Source: Paraglomus brasilianum | Lineage: Eukaryota | Length of the DNA: 42,013 nt | NCBI GenBank assembly: GCA_910592345.1 | Contig: CAJVPI010000215.1 | Coordinates: forward strand, 1-42,013 | Direction: 5' to 3' | Part shown: one piece after another, positions 1 to 11,085 of the stretch | Layout of the letters: each line of letters opens with the position of its first letter | Position numbering within the stretch: the first letter of the stretch is position 1 | Notes under the pieces: generated by a model | The model's input: only the letters and a program-made list of their open reading frames with translations | Told to the model about the DNA's origin: nothing | The model's database searches: none | Made by a program: the position numbers and the translations under genes

Positions 1-40
1 GTCTGTCGCTCGCGTCAGATTTATGCGCTCGCGCGGGAGG

Positions 41-384
41 TGTTCCTGTCTCAGAAGGATCGCGGGACGCTAGCGTTCATGTACTTCCCCTAAGGTCTGC
101 CGCTCGCGTCAGATTTATGCGCTCGCGCGGGTGGGTGCTCCGCGTTCTGTCAGGTGCGGACAAACCAAGGATCTCATGCCTTTATTTGAACTCCGGACAC
201 AAAGTCAAATAATATAAAGGTACGTATCGGCTAGATCTACTACTGTAGAATGTGCACACAATGGTTTACTTAGTATTAGATAGGATCAAACTAAGCTACG
301 TTCACCTTTGGACCAACTGCACTACTTATGATATGCCTTACTAATCAATATGCAACAAATAAATAACCTAAGCCAAAAGACGCA
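41..384 (+). mobile_element. LTR-like repeat (TG...CA), copy 1; possibly the 3' LTR of an element extending left of the window
   Basis: Starts TGTTCCTGTCTCAG and ends CCAAAAGACGCA. Both boundaries are defined by the inverted second copy at 9233-9492. It is preceded by purine-rich GCGGGAGG (PPT-like) and has a TATA-like AATATAAAGG (~211) and an AATAAA (~358). Confidence 0.6.
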
Positions 385-1243
385 AGGAAATCAGAAAAAG
401 GAAGCGAACAGGAGTTAGACAAGCCGATGGACAAAGTGGGAGGTATGAAGAGCAGTAAGGTGACGTTTGAGCAAGGCGCGAAAATGAAGATGGGTGGCTG
501 CTGGGTTAGTAGAAACTTCATGGTAGACACTGCTTGCATGTGGGCAATCCATAATATATACACCACATGCCAACCTTATTGTGTTCATTGTTTTTTTGCT
601 TTGCTTCTAGTTCGAATTTACTATTTTTATATTCAAAGTCAACAGCATTACTGTTATGAGTGCCTCATCTAAAATTTTTCTGTTTATTAACCTGCATTTC
701 TAGACATTAAGGGAGAGGGAGGGAGGGTATAAGGTAAGTGCTAAGGTAAGTCTGGGAAAGGGGGATTTGACTTTTCCTGTTTTATTAACCTGCATTTCTA
801 GAAATTTAAGAGAGGGTATAATGAATTAGAACCCTAGCCTGTGGCATAATCATAATAACTTTTTTCTCTACTTGGAATAAACAATTCTTCTTTGTTCCAA
901 CTCTAATAAAACAGTGTGTTGATGCAGAGACATGTAATTGCAGTTACTATGTATTAGCATTATTGCTTAGGTTGTAAGTATCTAATGTCTTGCGTTGGCC
1001 ATAAAGCAAGATGTCTCAAAAAACCATTATTCAACAGCATAAATTAATAGATGCCCAGAATTGTTGCACAGCAACCATCTCACACTGAAAAACATCTTGA
1101 GCCATTCAGATTACGTATCTCTCCAGATTTCTCTAAAAAGACTTTTGTATTGCATTCACAGACTTGTCAATAGATTGAAAGGAAAAGTGTCAATGTTTTC
1201 CCTTTGTAATAGTAATAGCAGTGATTCCAAATTTAACAAATCT

Positions 1244-3227
1244 TTATTTGGTTCTCAGTCTTTTTGGTATATGCAGAACCTCACGGACAGTAACTTTTCC
1301 TTCAGGACGGGTGACATGCCGATCAATTTCTGCAAGTAATGCTTCTTGCTTTGTCAATTCATCCTGCAACACCATGTATAGAGGTTAACAAAACGCATGT
1401 ATATGTATAACTTTTGTACAAACTTCACTTAAACACATACATGCACTATTGCCATCATACGTAATACAGCCTTCATCTGCATTCTTCCATTATAACTGAA
1501 TGGGACTATTGCTGTGGCCAACTCTGTTGCCAAAAATTGGCCATCCTTAAGCATCCTCAGTGAATATAGTGTGATGCGTGTATCTAGAAAGAGAATATTT
1601 AGTGTGGAATGAGTACATCAGAACTAATTACACTACAAAATTGATAACCTTACATACCAATGCCTAGCATTGAGAAAACCTTTATCTTGCTTGCAAGAGC
1701 AACATCACAGTCTAGTCTATCTTCCAAAATTCGCAAAAGGTTGAGGGCGTCTGTACGCAGTGTTTTCTTAGAATCCTCAAGTATTAGAGGTCCAGCAATC
1801 TCAAGATGCCAGACCTCCAATCCATCCAGCATCCGTGTACCTTTAGCATCAGCTAGTATGATTTCAGAGTCTTCTTGTGATTTCATCATTTTGGCTGAGC
1901 TCATGTTTGTTTCAGCCCAATCAAAATCGATTGTACTGAAGGTTCGCTCATAGAATTTGAACAATGGAACTACATGATATGTTAAATATTTTCGTTCTCC
2001 AATTGCGCGGCTCAAATTGGGAGATATATCGACCATATTGAAACTTGCATTTAATAGATGAGTTATTAATATGCTGGAAAGCATAATCCAAACAATATTA
2101 TTACATACAAATCGTCCAAGACCTTCTTGCAATACAACTTAAAGAGGTTTTCGTCATTGTTGTTATTTTCGAAAGCTGTGCTCTTGGTCTGTGGTGTAAA
2201 ACATAGATTCATATTACTATTACTATATGTATGTATACCTGGAAAACTACTGAAGAGTACAGTACCTGCAGAGCACTCTCAACATATTTCTCTACAGCTG
2301 TCCATATATTAGGGCTGGTACTCCGTGCTGATATAATATCCTTTGCTGTCTCTTCACCTACTCTTGCCACTAGTTCCTCTGGTGTCATACTATCAGCTGT
2401 GATGATGTACACATCATCTATATATCTGTTAGACAAAGTCAGATAAACTGTGTATTAGTATTACTTCTTTCAATAATGAGTATATATGACAAGCGCTATA
2501 AACGCACAATTGAATGTTTTGGTCTGCTATCACTCGCTTATTTGGGATCAGTAATTGATCAGCATCAAGTGAAGGAGTAGAAATGCTGTCTGGAGGTTCG
2601 TCCTCATGCTCTTCCTCAAGTTTGTCTTGTGCTTCCTGCAGTTTTGCACCGTCCTCATGCTCTTCCTCAAATTTGTCTTGTGCTTCCTCACCATCCTCAG
2701 GATTCCAGTTGTCAAGAGCTACAGCGACATGTGAACCGCTCACCAGTTTGGCATTTATCAAGAGTTCCTTCTAAAGACAAGAACGTGATCGATGCCAATC
2801 TAAACCGATTCAAGCAGTAAAAACCAATCAGACTATATATACCTTCAATCTAACAATGCGGTCCTCGGTAGTCTTGACTTTTATGACATGTTTTGCAATC
2901 TCTTTAAAATGTTCCTTCTTCGATGTCTAATTATATAAAAATAAAATAAGCAAAAGTACCAGTATTTGAGATGAAAATTGTCACCTAAACACTTACAGTA
3001 GCTGCTTTATGAAGTTCCCTGCAATATTCTCGAACTTCCTCTGGCACGGCTGATTCATTGCTAAGAGCGACTAAGGAGCCACAATATCGTGATAATATGC
3101 TGTTAATGATATTCGATGGTTGTTTTTTGACAAAGGTGGCGAAGTCATGCCAATGCTTCACAGGCGTTTTTTTGAAGTATTCATCAACCTTTTGGAGATA
3201 TTCTGGTGCAGCATACATTGAATCCAT
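1244..3227 (-). CDS. Multi-exon hypothetical protein with predicted C-terminal PD-(D/E)xK restriction-endonuclease-like fold (Crinkler/Mucoromycota-type)
   Basis: ORFs 2985-3236, 2429-2761, 2209-2436 and 1650-2132 lie on one strand and are separated by GT..AG-bounded gaps. ATG at 3227. Motif ADAKG..LEVWHLEIAGP..DSKK. The last exon DELTKQEALLAEID...RTK ends in TAA at 1244-1246. Internal exon boundaries are approximate. Confidence 0.6.
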
Positions 3228-3320
3228 CAGTTCCACTTTGTAAGTTGCCGGAAAACCAAACGAAATTGGAAACTCAGAAGAAGGCGAACGAGGGTGTCGA
3301 TGTGTGACTATGGATGCCCT

Positions 3321-3467
3321 TATTTTATAAACTACTATCGCAAGTGACTTTTATTCACTATTTTATAAAACTACTATCGTGGGGACTTTTATCATTTTAT
3401 ACAACTACGACTTATAAAATTACTATCTTGGGGACTTTTATCATTTTATACAACTAGGGACTTTTGC
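3321..3467. repeat. Imperfect ~40-bp tandem repeat upstream of the REase-like gene
   Basis: Recurring ACTACTATCG/TTACTATCTT...GGGACTTTTATCATTTTATACAACTA units (3-4 copies). Confidence 0.6.
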
Positions 3468-3619
3468 AGGAGCGTGACTTCTGTATTACATCTCTGGCCA
3501 GTTAAAATATTTGGATCTCTAAATAGAGTAATACATTTACCTTTATTATTATTATTATGCAGATAATCTGCAATTAAGCATACGCGCATAAATAATACCC
3601 TACCGTTGTACTATTAATG

Positions 3620-3960
3620 ATGATGTTATCTATCAACCGGAAAGACTTATTGCCTTCATAGTAACAGAAGTAATAAAATCTAAACAAGAATTTAATGCAA
3701 GATTTTTTGATATAGAATTAGCATTTCTGTTTGATTCGATGTCAAAGATTAATCGTACACCTCGTTTACTTCGGCCAAAAACAATGACTTATTGGACAAA
3801 CATATTTCCATATCTTAATGACAAGAGCGAGTATAATGGTTTTAAATCTCATTTTCGCATTTTGCGATCTACGTTCAATCGACTGCTTAGTATCCTACAG
3901 CAACATCCTAACACCCTTTCGACCTCAAACTCCTATTGAAATTCAAGTTGGCATTGTGAT
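3620..3960 (+). mobile_element. PIF/Harbinger transposase N-terminal remnant
   Basis: Translation FKSHFRILRSTFNRLLSILQQHP, then frameshifted PQTPIEIQVGIV, matches the FR..R.TF..L..L motif typical of Harbinger/PIF transposases. Truncated. Confidence 0.55.
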
Positions 3961-4179
3961 TCAATAACCCTCGCCAACTAATTGCACATTTTACTAAATG
4001 ATTTATTGAAGCCATTCTGGACACCCTCTAATATTCTTATCATCGTTTGTATCAATCAAACCCGCATATGTTGTGGTGTTTGTATAATAAAGGATAAGTT
4101 TTTTTTTGCTTCTTACGCATTGCAATGAATATGAAAAAAAAAGAAAGAAAAAAAGATTTCTTGACTCAATAAATAATGT

Positions 4180-5621
4180 ATGTTCTACCCTATATCAAGT
4201 GCTTGTCTTCCCGTTCGCACAGAAATAATTGTTTCCTCCGAGTTGCTCGAGTCTTCTTCAACAAGTTGCTGCAGTACACCTTCAGCCATCAGAAATTTTT
4301 CGAATATATTTTCTTCTGTTGGTAACTCTGTTCTAACCAAGTTGTTATCCACTTCAAGGTACTCATCCGCTGTTACACGTATATCTACCGAAGGATCTGC
4401 AAGCTTCAGATTATTATTATGTGCCTAATAAACCTCAGATTATTATTATTATTTAGTATTAGAGCTAAAATTAAGTCGTTCATACAATCATCCGCTTCAT
4501 TCATATTCATTTCATTTTCAATGGTTTCCACAGGTAAAATGCCCGTATTTTGCCTGCAGTTTTTTATAGTGGTTGGTTTGACTTTTTCCCAAGCATCTGC
4601 AAGAAGTTCTATTGCCTCTTTGATGTTCAGTTTCTTTATCGCTTGCTCTTCGTTTAATTCGTAAACCCATTTAGACACCAAAGATTTCGATAGTGAGCTT
4701 TAAAATTACGGGGGAATATGTTCTACGCATAGGTTTTTTAGATTGAGCGAAGAACCATTCGTATGCGCAGGACAATTATTAACAAGCAGAAGCGATTTCT
4801 GAGATACGTTATTGTCCAACCACTTTAACATTCGTTCCATTTTTCCATGGTCATCCATTATTGGAGTATTGGACAGGCAGCGTAGCTAAGTTGACATTTT
4901 TAAAACAACGAGGATTTTTAAATTTGCCTATTACAAAAGGTTTAAGTTTCGTCGCTCCCGTTGCATTACAACAAAGTAGAACTGTAACACGTTCTTTGTC
5001 TTTCTTTATGCCTTTTGCTTTATCGCTTCTTGTTGCAAGAGTTCTATATTATACCGTTTTTGAAACTTCTTCAACCATCATTTGATGCCTCAAAAGGAGA
5101 AAGTTGTGCTCTAATTTCTTTCGCTCTATTATAAAATTCGATTGCCTTGGTTTTTAATATGTCTTGGGAAACGGGAATATCCTACTGCGTAAACCTTGGA
5201 ACTATTTGTATAGTGCCTCTTCTAAAGAAGGAAATCTCGCTACACGAATACGCGCTTTCTTCAAATCTGAACATCTTGCGTTTGTAAGAGCTTTTCTTTT
5301 TTTCGAAGAATGATACTTATTGTCACCAAATTCGTTTGCCAATTTTTCATCACTGTCTTAGGTCGGTTTCTTTTCTCTTAATGTTTATTTTATAAATTAT
5401 TCTTTGCTTTTTTTTTCTGATGTTTGCGGAACTATCCATGCGAAATTTGATTTTAATGATTAATCGATAAGGATTTTTTTTTTTAATATATAGTAAATTA
5501 GGGATATGATTTGTGTAATGTTAGTACCGCATATAGTAACAGATATAACCGAGATTACTATATGATATCTGAGGTTGGGATATTAATATTAAAGGGCGGG
5601 GATTTAAAAGAGGTATGACTG
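4180..5621 (-). mobile_element. Degenerate pogo/Tigger (CENP-B-like DDE) transposon
   Basis: Fragments KDKERVTVLLCCNATGATKLKPFVIGKFKNPRCFKN and IKEAIELLADAWEKVKPTTIKNC, with many frameshifts. Terminal TA+CAGTCATACCTCTTTTAAAT TIR at 5621 (minus strand). The other end was not found. Confidence 0.8.
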
Positions 5622-5749
5622 TAATATTGTTTTTCTCATATATCTAATCTAGAAACATGGTGATCTCTCCAAGTCTGAGGATTTGTCAACCGCTGCCTAT
5701 ACTGTTTAGTATCATCTACGAAGTTTTGAACTCCATTAAAATTTCTCTC

Positions 5750-7250
5750 TACGCTTTTAACAAAGTTGTAATTCTTGACTTTATGCTGTTTGACGAAATG
5801 TCTTTGGCTTCAGTGAGAGCATTCTAGTTCACAGAAGGAAACTGTTCTAACTGTCTGGGAGAACTGGATCGTCTTCCCACAACCGTATATTGAATCTCTT
5901 ACAAATACATTTATAAAGAATACCAAGGAAGGCAATGTTTCTGTCACTTTATCGAATTCTGATGAATTGAATAGCATGGATTTGGATGTTGGCAATGGTG
6001 AAGAACGTGCTCACGGCATTCTCCAGGTGAAGACAAAGTGGGATAACTATGACGAGGACGAAGAGAAAATGATAATGGTAATTGGAGAGATGAGACCGAT
6101 AAAGATGGGACAGTGTAGGAGAATGTAGATGGAGAGATGGTTGTAGATTTAGATGACATTTTCGCATGATATTAATTTTATTGTTTTATTCGTCATGTAA
6201 TGATCGAGTAGCAGAATCAGCAGTACTAGTACTAATAGTTATAGTAGTAGTGGGATAGTGGTGGTTTGATTCGTTGTTGTACATATATACACGTATAAGG
6301 ATAGAAGTAATTACACAACAAATTTGCGATAAAAATAGTCGATAACCCTCTTCTAGATTCTTAGTAAATTCTCCCACGTCCGTGGCAAGAAATTGATTAT
6401 CTTGCAGATAATCCATTGTGTAAGCCAGAAAATCAAAGTCAGCACCGGTTTCATAAACGCGAAACGAAAATACACAAATCCTACCTCAAATTCAGAGGCG
6501 GCAGGAAAGCAAGCCCATACTCTGTAATGTAGTCATTTAGTTCGTATGAAAAACAAGTCACTCAAATGACTAACGGGTATTTAGAAACCCCACCCAAATT
6601 TTGCTTCATCGTCTAATGATTCAAACGAGTCGTGTTTATAATATATTAATTCCTCTATAAATGTTTCCGATAACGCCATTTTATCTTTGAAAACACTGCC
6701 CGAACTATCCGACCAATCAAATTCAGGAAACGCGTGTCGCCCAACATCGGAATACATTTCTCTGAAACCTTCCTCAGGCAGTCTGGCTGTATTCAACGGT
6801 GCATAAGATCAGGATCACCCCACTTGCAAAAAGTATGCGTTTTTACATACAAACAAGAACAATAATTACCGAAAGAACGCGTGAATTTTGCTCCATCATG
6901 TCGAAAAACTGCGTGATACTACTCACTGATTCGTTGATAATGGCTTGATCCAGACTAGTAGTTCCCATTCCACAATAATCAGCGAGATTATGTGATGCCT
7001 TATCTCGTCGATAATGGCTAAACAGCAGGAGACATATCATTTGCACACACCAATTCCCGGAACTTTTTGTCAAATCAATGAATAAACAGAAACATAAGCA
7101 TGCTATTGCAATCAAGTGAACAGTCGTCAAGTTACTTGTGCAATTCATTTTGTGACTTGTCAGCATTGTCGATAATCTTCAAATATTCCAGGGGGCAGTT
7201 TACAAGATGCTTGCACAGCAGAGCAGTACCGTCTTTACGCTAAGCATCCC
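5750..7250 (-). pseudogene. Probable decayed multi-exon hypothetical gene
   Basis: Collinear minus-strand coding-like segments (6843-7166, 6581-6796, 6186-6416, 5810-5995) with intron-like gaps and in-frame stops. Family not recognised. Confidence 0.3.
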
Positions 7251-7699
7251 GGTTAGGACAAATGTAGATTATTCCTTATATTCGGGTAACCTCAATTGTT
7301 ATACAAGGTACACTACCTATTATATCGACTATTGCATTCCTCAGGAGTCTTGCAACTCAGAAGGCCCTATTATATAATACTAATGGTCAAACAGTATATT
7401 CATCGAGCGCCACAGACCCTTAATTTGTCCCACACACTTTAGATCCATTCAACTATGATAATATTAATATTTCCCCCTTGTATACCAAATATTAATCTAT
7501 AGTTAGATTTAATAATGTCTTTTTATTTTTGCCTTCCTGCTTTCTCTATGTCCTTTCTATACTCTCCACACAATTGATCAAAAGGTTTTCGATTGAAACT
7601 TGGGCCTGGGCATTTTCTTCAAGGATGAGTTTTCAACGTAGAAATTGGAATATTGCTGTGTCTGAGATTGGGACTTGTCACCTCAGCTCCGAACCCAGA

Positions 7700-8365
7700 C
7701 ACACTCAGTTCTCAGTCTAGAACCGAGACTGCTCCCCCAACTGACAGCATATTCCTGTTTAGGTCAACAACGAACCAAAATTACCATCCATCGAATAGTA
7801 ATTAGCTTTTTTATCTTGTTACAGACCATACAAATTTCCATTAAAAACCGTTCTTCAAATTGTCTCGTTCTCATCAAGAATACGGCATTTCGTTCTCAAC
7901 TTCATGTGGACTAATACTAAGTTAATAGCTTGGAATTTTAATTAAACAACAACTTTATATATTTTCTTGAAACTAGTATAATCTTTTCTGTGCTTGCTTG
8001 GCTTTCTTTACATTTGTATAATAAGTCTTGGGTCTCTTTTGCTCGGTAAGTGTTATATTAACACAATTCACACACTTGATATACGCCGCAAGTTAGTCGA
8101 CACATTTCTTCTCCATAGTCAACGTCTTTCTAACAATAGAAGAATTCTTACAGTTCCTATAATCGGCGGCTATAATTGTTTGCATATTGAGCTGCCCGGT
8201 CGTAATTCGCACAAAACTCGGCACATGGAATATTAAGCAAATTCTGTATTTCGAACAATGAAGTTTATCACTAAATTTTGCTATCATATAATATTGACCA
8301 CATGCTTTGCAGTCCGCGATCGCAAAGTGAATTGCAAAAAAAAAGGGGGAGGAGGGATTATTCAT
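7700..8365 (-). mobile_element. Possible KDZ (Kyakuja-Dileera-Zisupton) transposase remnant
   Basis: Frameshifted ICMVCNKIKKLITI / MDGNFG (~7780-7840) resembles the CxxC...DGNF motif. There is an upstream Cys cluster CKACGQYY...C. Confidence 0.3.
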
Positions 8366-8494
8366 AGACTAGATAAGATTTGCTCAATGTAATTTTACGC
8401 GCATGATAATCCATGTTATACAATTATGGCTACTATGATTTATGGACTTTGACCGACTGAGGTACTATTTTTACATCATGATTCTTTTCGACAA

Positions 8495-9940
8495 TTATTC
8501 TTCATCAGTATCTGTCTTCACTGTCCGCACTCGCGCTGTTTCATGACTCTTTGTTGACCCCTGAGAAAGAATATGCAGACAATATTTTAATAATATTATT
8601 AATGAAAATTCAACAATAAGTACCAATGTCAACTAACCTCAATCAACATAATGCTAATGGATTGAGGATCTTTTGGACCAAACGGTTGAGAGACGAGCAC
8701 CTACAAAAGAAATTTGTTGCATTAATCAATTATCTAAACAAAGTCTTACTGTCATTTCTTAGACATATTGAACACGTACCATGCTCGTCAACATCAACAG
8801 TAATCTGCTTATCGCTCAGTCTTTGCTGTACTTCTCTTAATCTTACATCCACAATATCTCTCGGTGCAAGTCGAGAAAGGCGATCGAAAATTATCTATTA
8901 ACATCGTGTCATTCAGTATAAAGGTGGAATACATATTCTCGCTTGTCAACTTTAATAATATTAGTTAACGTCTTACCATATCGTCAATGCGATTTATAAA
9001 TTCAGGAGGGAAATGTCTTCTGACTACATCAAACACAGCAATTTTACCCAAATCGCTCACTTTGCCGTCGCCGACCGCCGAGGTTGTTGAAGCTAAAATA
9101 TCGGCCATTATAGTATTTCTAAAATCAATCTTGTGGATTTTTTTCAAAAAATTAAAAAGGAATGAGTTATTATATCAATGGTTAGCAAGTAACGTTACCA
9201 CAACAACCATACCTTTCGCCCTTGTGAATCGGTGCGTCTTTTGGCTTAGGTTATTTATTTGTTGCATGTTGATTAGTAGAGCATACCATAAGAGTGCAGT
9301 AGATCTAATACGTACCATTATATTATTTGACTTTGTGTCCGGAGTTCAAATAAAGGCACAAAATCCTTGGTTGTCCGCACCTGACAGAACGCGGAGCACC
9401 CACCCGCGCGAGCGCATAAATCTGACGCGAGCGGCAGACCTTAGTGGAAGTGCATGAACGCTAGCGTCCCGCGTTCCTCTGAGACAGGAACATATATGTC
9501 CATCATCCAACATTTGGAGTAACAAATTCGCTACATCTATATTTCAAAATAAATCGATTCCCACTGTTTAAGTGTTATGTCAAACTGTATACATTTTTTG
9601 TCCGAATTTAAATACCTTTGTACACATTCTCCATCTAGTCCAGTAGTACTACAGCAAAAGGTTTCCTTCTGGTTGCTTCTGTCAATTCTCCTCCTTCCTC
9701 ATATCCAACGTACCCAGGTGGCGCACCGACAAGTCGCGATACCGCGAACCTAGTAATAATAGCAGCATTAACAAACAAGCTAATCTTTTGTACTATCACG
9801 AGAAATGCATCCCGTGCTTACTTCTCCATATACTCACTCATATCGACTCTTACGATAGCAGATTCTGTATCAAACAAAACTCGGCGATAACCTTGTAGGA
9901 CCCAGGAATAAGAAAGATGCAATAGGTCTGGAAGTGGCGT
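8495..9940 (-). pseudogene. HSP78: HSP78/ClpB-family AAA+ disaggregase pseudogene fragment (NBD2 and C-terminus), introns retained
   Basis: Segments [82 protein letters not shown] and FPPEFINRIDD. Walker A GKT and the MTSN motif are deleted. Interrupted by the LTR-like insertion. Confidence 0.85.
9233..9492 (-). mobile_element. Solo LTR-like repeat, copy 2, inserted in the HSP78 pseudogene
   Basis: Reverse complement of 41-384 with a ~75-bp internal deletion (between TAGATCTAC and TGCACT). It splits the host codons GHI|TDSQG. Confidence 0.8.
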
Positions 9941-10451
9941 TTATATATGACCTGATCTGGTGCATTTGCAAAAACAGGTGATCGTCAGAAAATCGTCTTC
10001 AAAGAAATTGGGCCATTTTTCTAATCCCCCAAATATAATCAACGAGTAGACTTTATCTAATTTCTGGCGGTCTGGGACAAATTATATCGTTATAAAAATT
10101 ATCGGCAAAACTTTCTTACTTCATTATACAGACATGTCTGCCTTATGACTCGTAAGTACAGATTTGACTTTCTTGCAAATCATTCCTTCGTGCTACCGAA
10201 CTTGTAACTGCTGTTGTGAAAAACTTTACTATTACGTTTGAGGTCAGGAAAAAGGCACAGGGTAGGTAGCATCTCCGAGTATATATCCCACACAAAAACC
10301 AGATTTAAACCCCAAATCACCAACTACCCATTTTCACATAATACAGTAATAATAATAAGAATTCATTCATAGGATCAATAATATTCTGCGATGTCAGCTG
10401 ACATGATTTGCCCACTGCACCACTAAAAACCGTAACGATATGAGAATGGTA

Positions 10452-10469
10452 ATATATATATATATATAT
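10452..10469. repeat. (AT)n microsatellite
   Basis: ATATATATATATATATAT run. Confidence 0.8.
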
Positions 10470-11085
10470 CAACATTCGCTACCAAGAATATTCGCATAAA
10501 ACGCTTGCAAGTTCAAGTTTTGAATTAAAGAAAAGTATGTATGCAAAGGGATGTGGGTGATTTTAGCCTGCGAAGTGCGGGCTTTCTGTAGGTTAGTGAG
10601 AACATGGTTTTTAAACCTTTTAGTATTAGTGGGCGTGACGATTAATGAATAAAGTTGATTCAAAATGCGTCCACTATTTACAAGTCAAATTTCATTGTTG
10701 GACATCAATGAAGTATCAGCGCCATTGCATGTGTTTGCTGCCGAATTAGACATAGGCTGTTGCCCATTGTTTGAATTTTAACTACCTAATGAAGTAACAC
10801 AAATTGTCAATCTTTTCAATATGAAACAAAGAGATTAAAAATAGAATAGCGATAGGAACCAATATTAATATTGTATCTAATACTATAGCTTTCCTAAATA
10901 TGAAACGTTCTGCAGCCTTATTTCATTCTGCGAATTTACAGACCTTAGACAGGGTGCATTTGAAAGAACACATTTGCATGTATAGAAGAACGCCTACAGA
11001 ATTCATATAGAACACTTTTATTCCTCTCTCTCTTATCTCGACGAAAACCATGATATCATTAAAAGTAATAAGCTTTATTAGGAAA

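Noticed and set aside
681..820. Short direct duplication TTTATTAACCTGCATTTCTAGA
   Set aside because: Two-copy local duplication with no element hallmarks.
8987..9457. 156-aa plus-strand ORF
   Set aside because: Chance frame spanning antisense HSP78 sequence and the LTR-like repeat.
41..9492. One 9.4-kb element bounded by long terminal inverted repeats
   Set aside because: The right copy sits inside an HSP78 sequence that is continuous on both sides, so it is an independent insertion and not a terminus.
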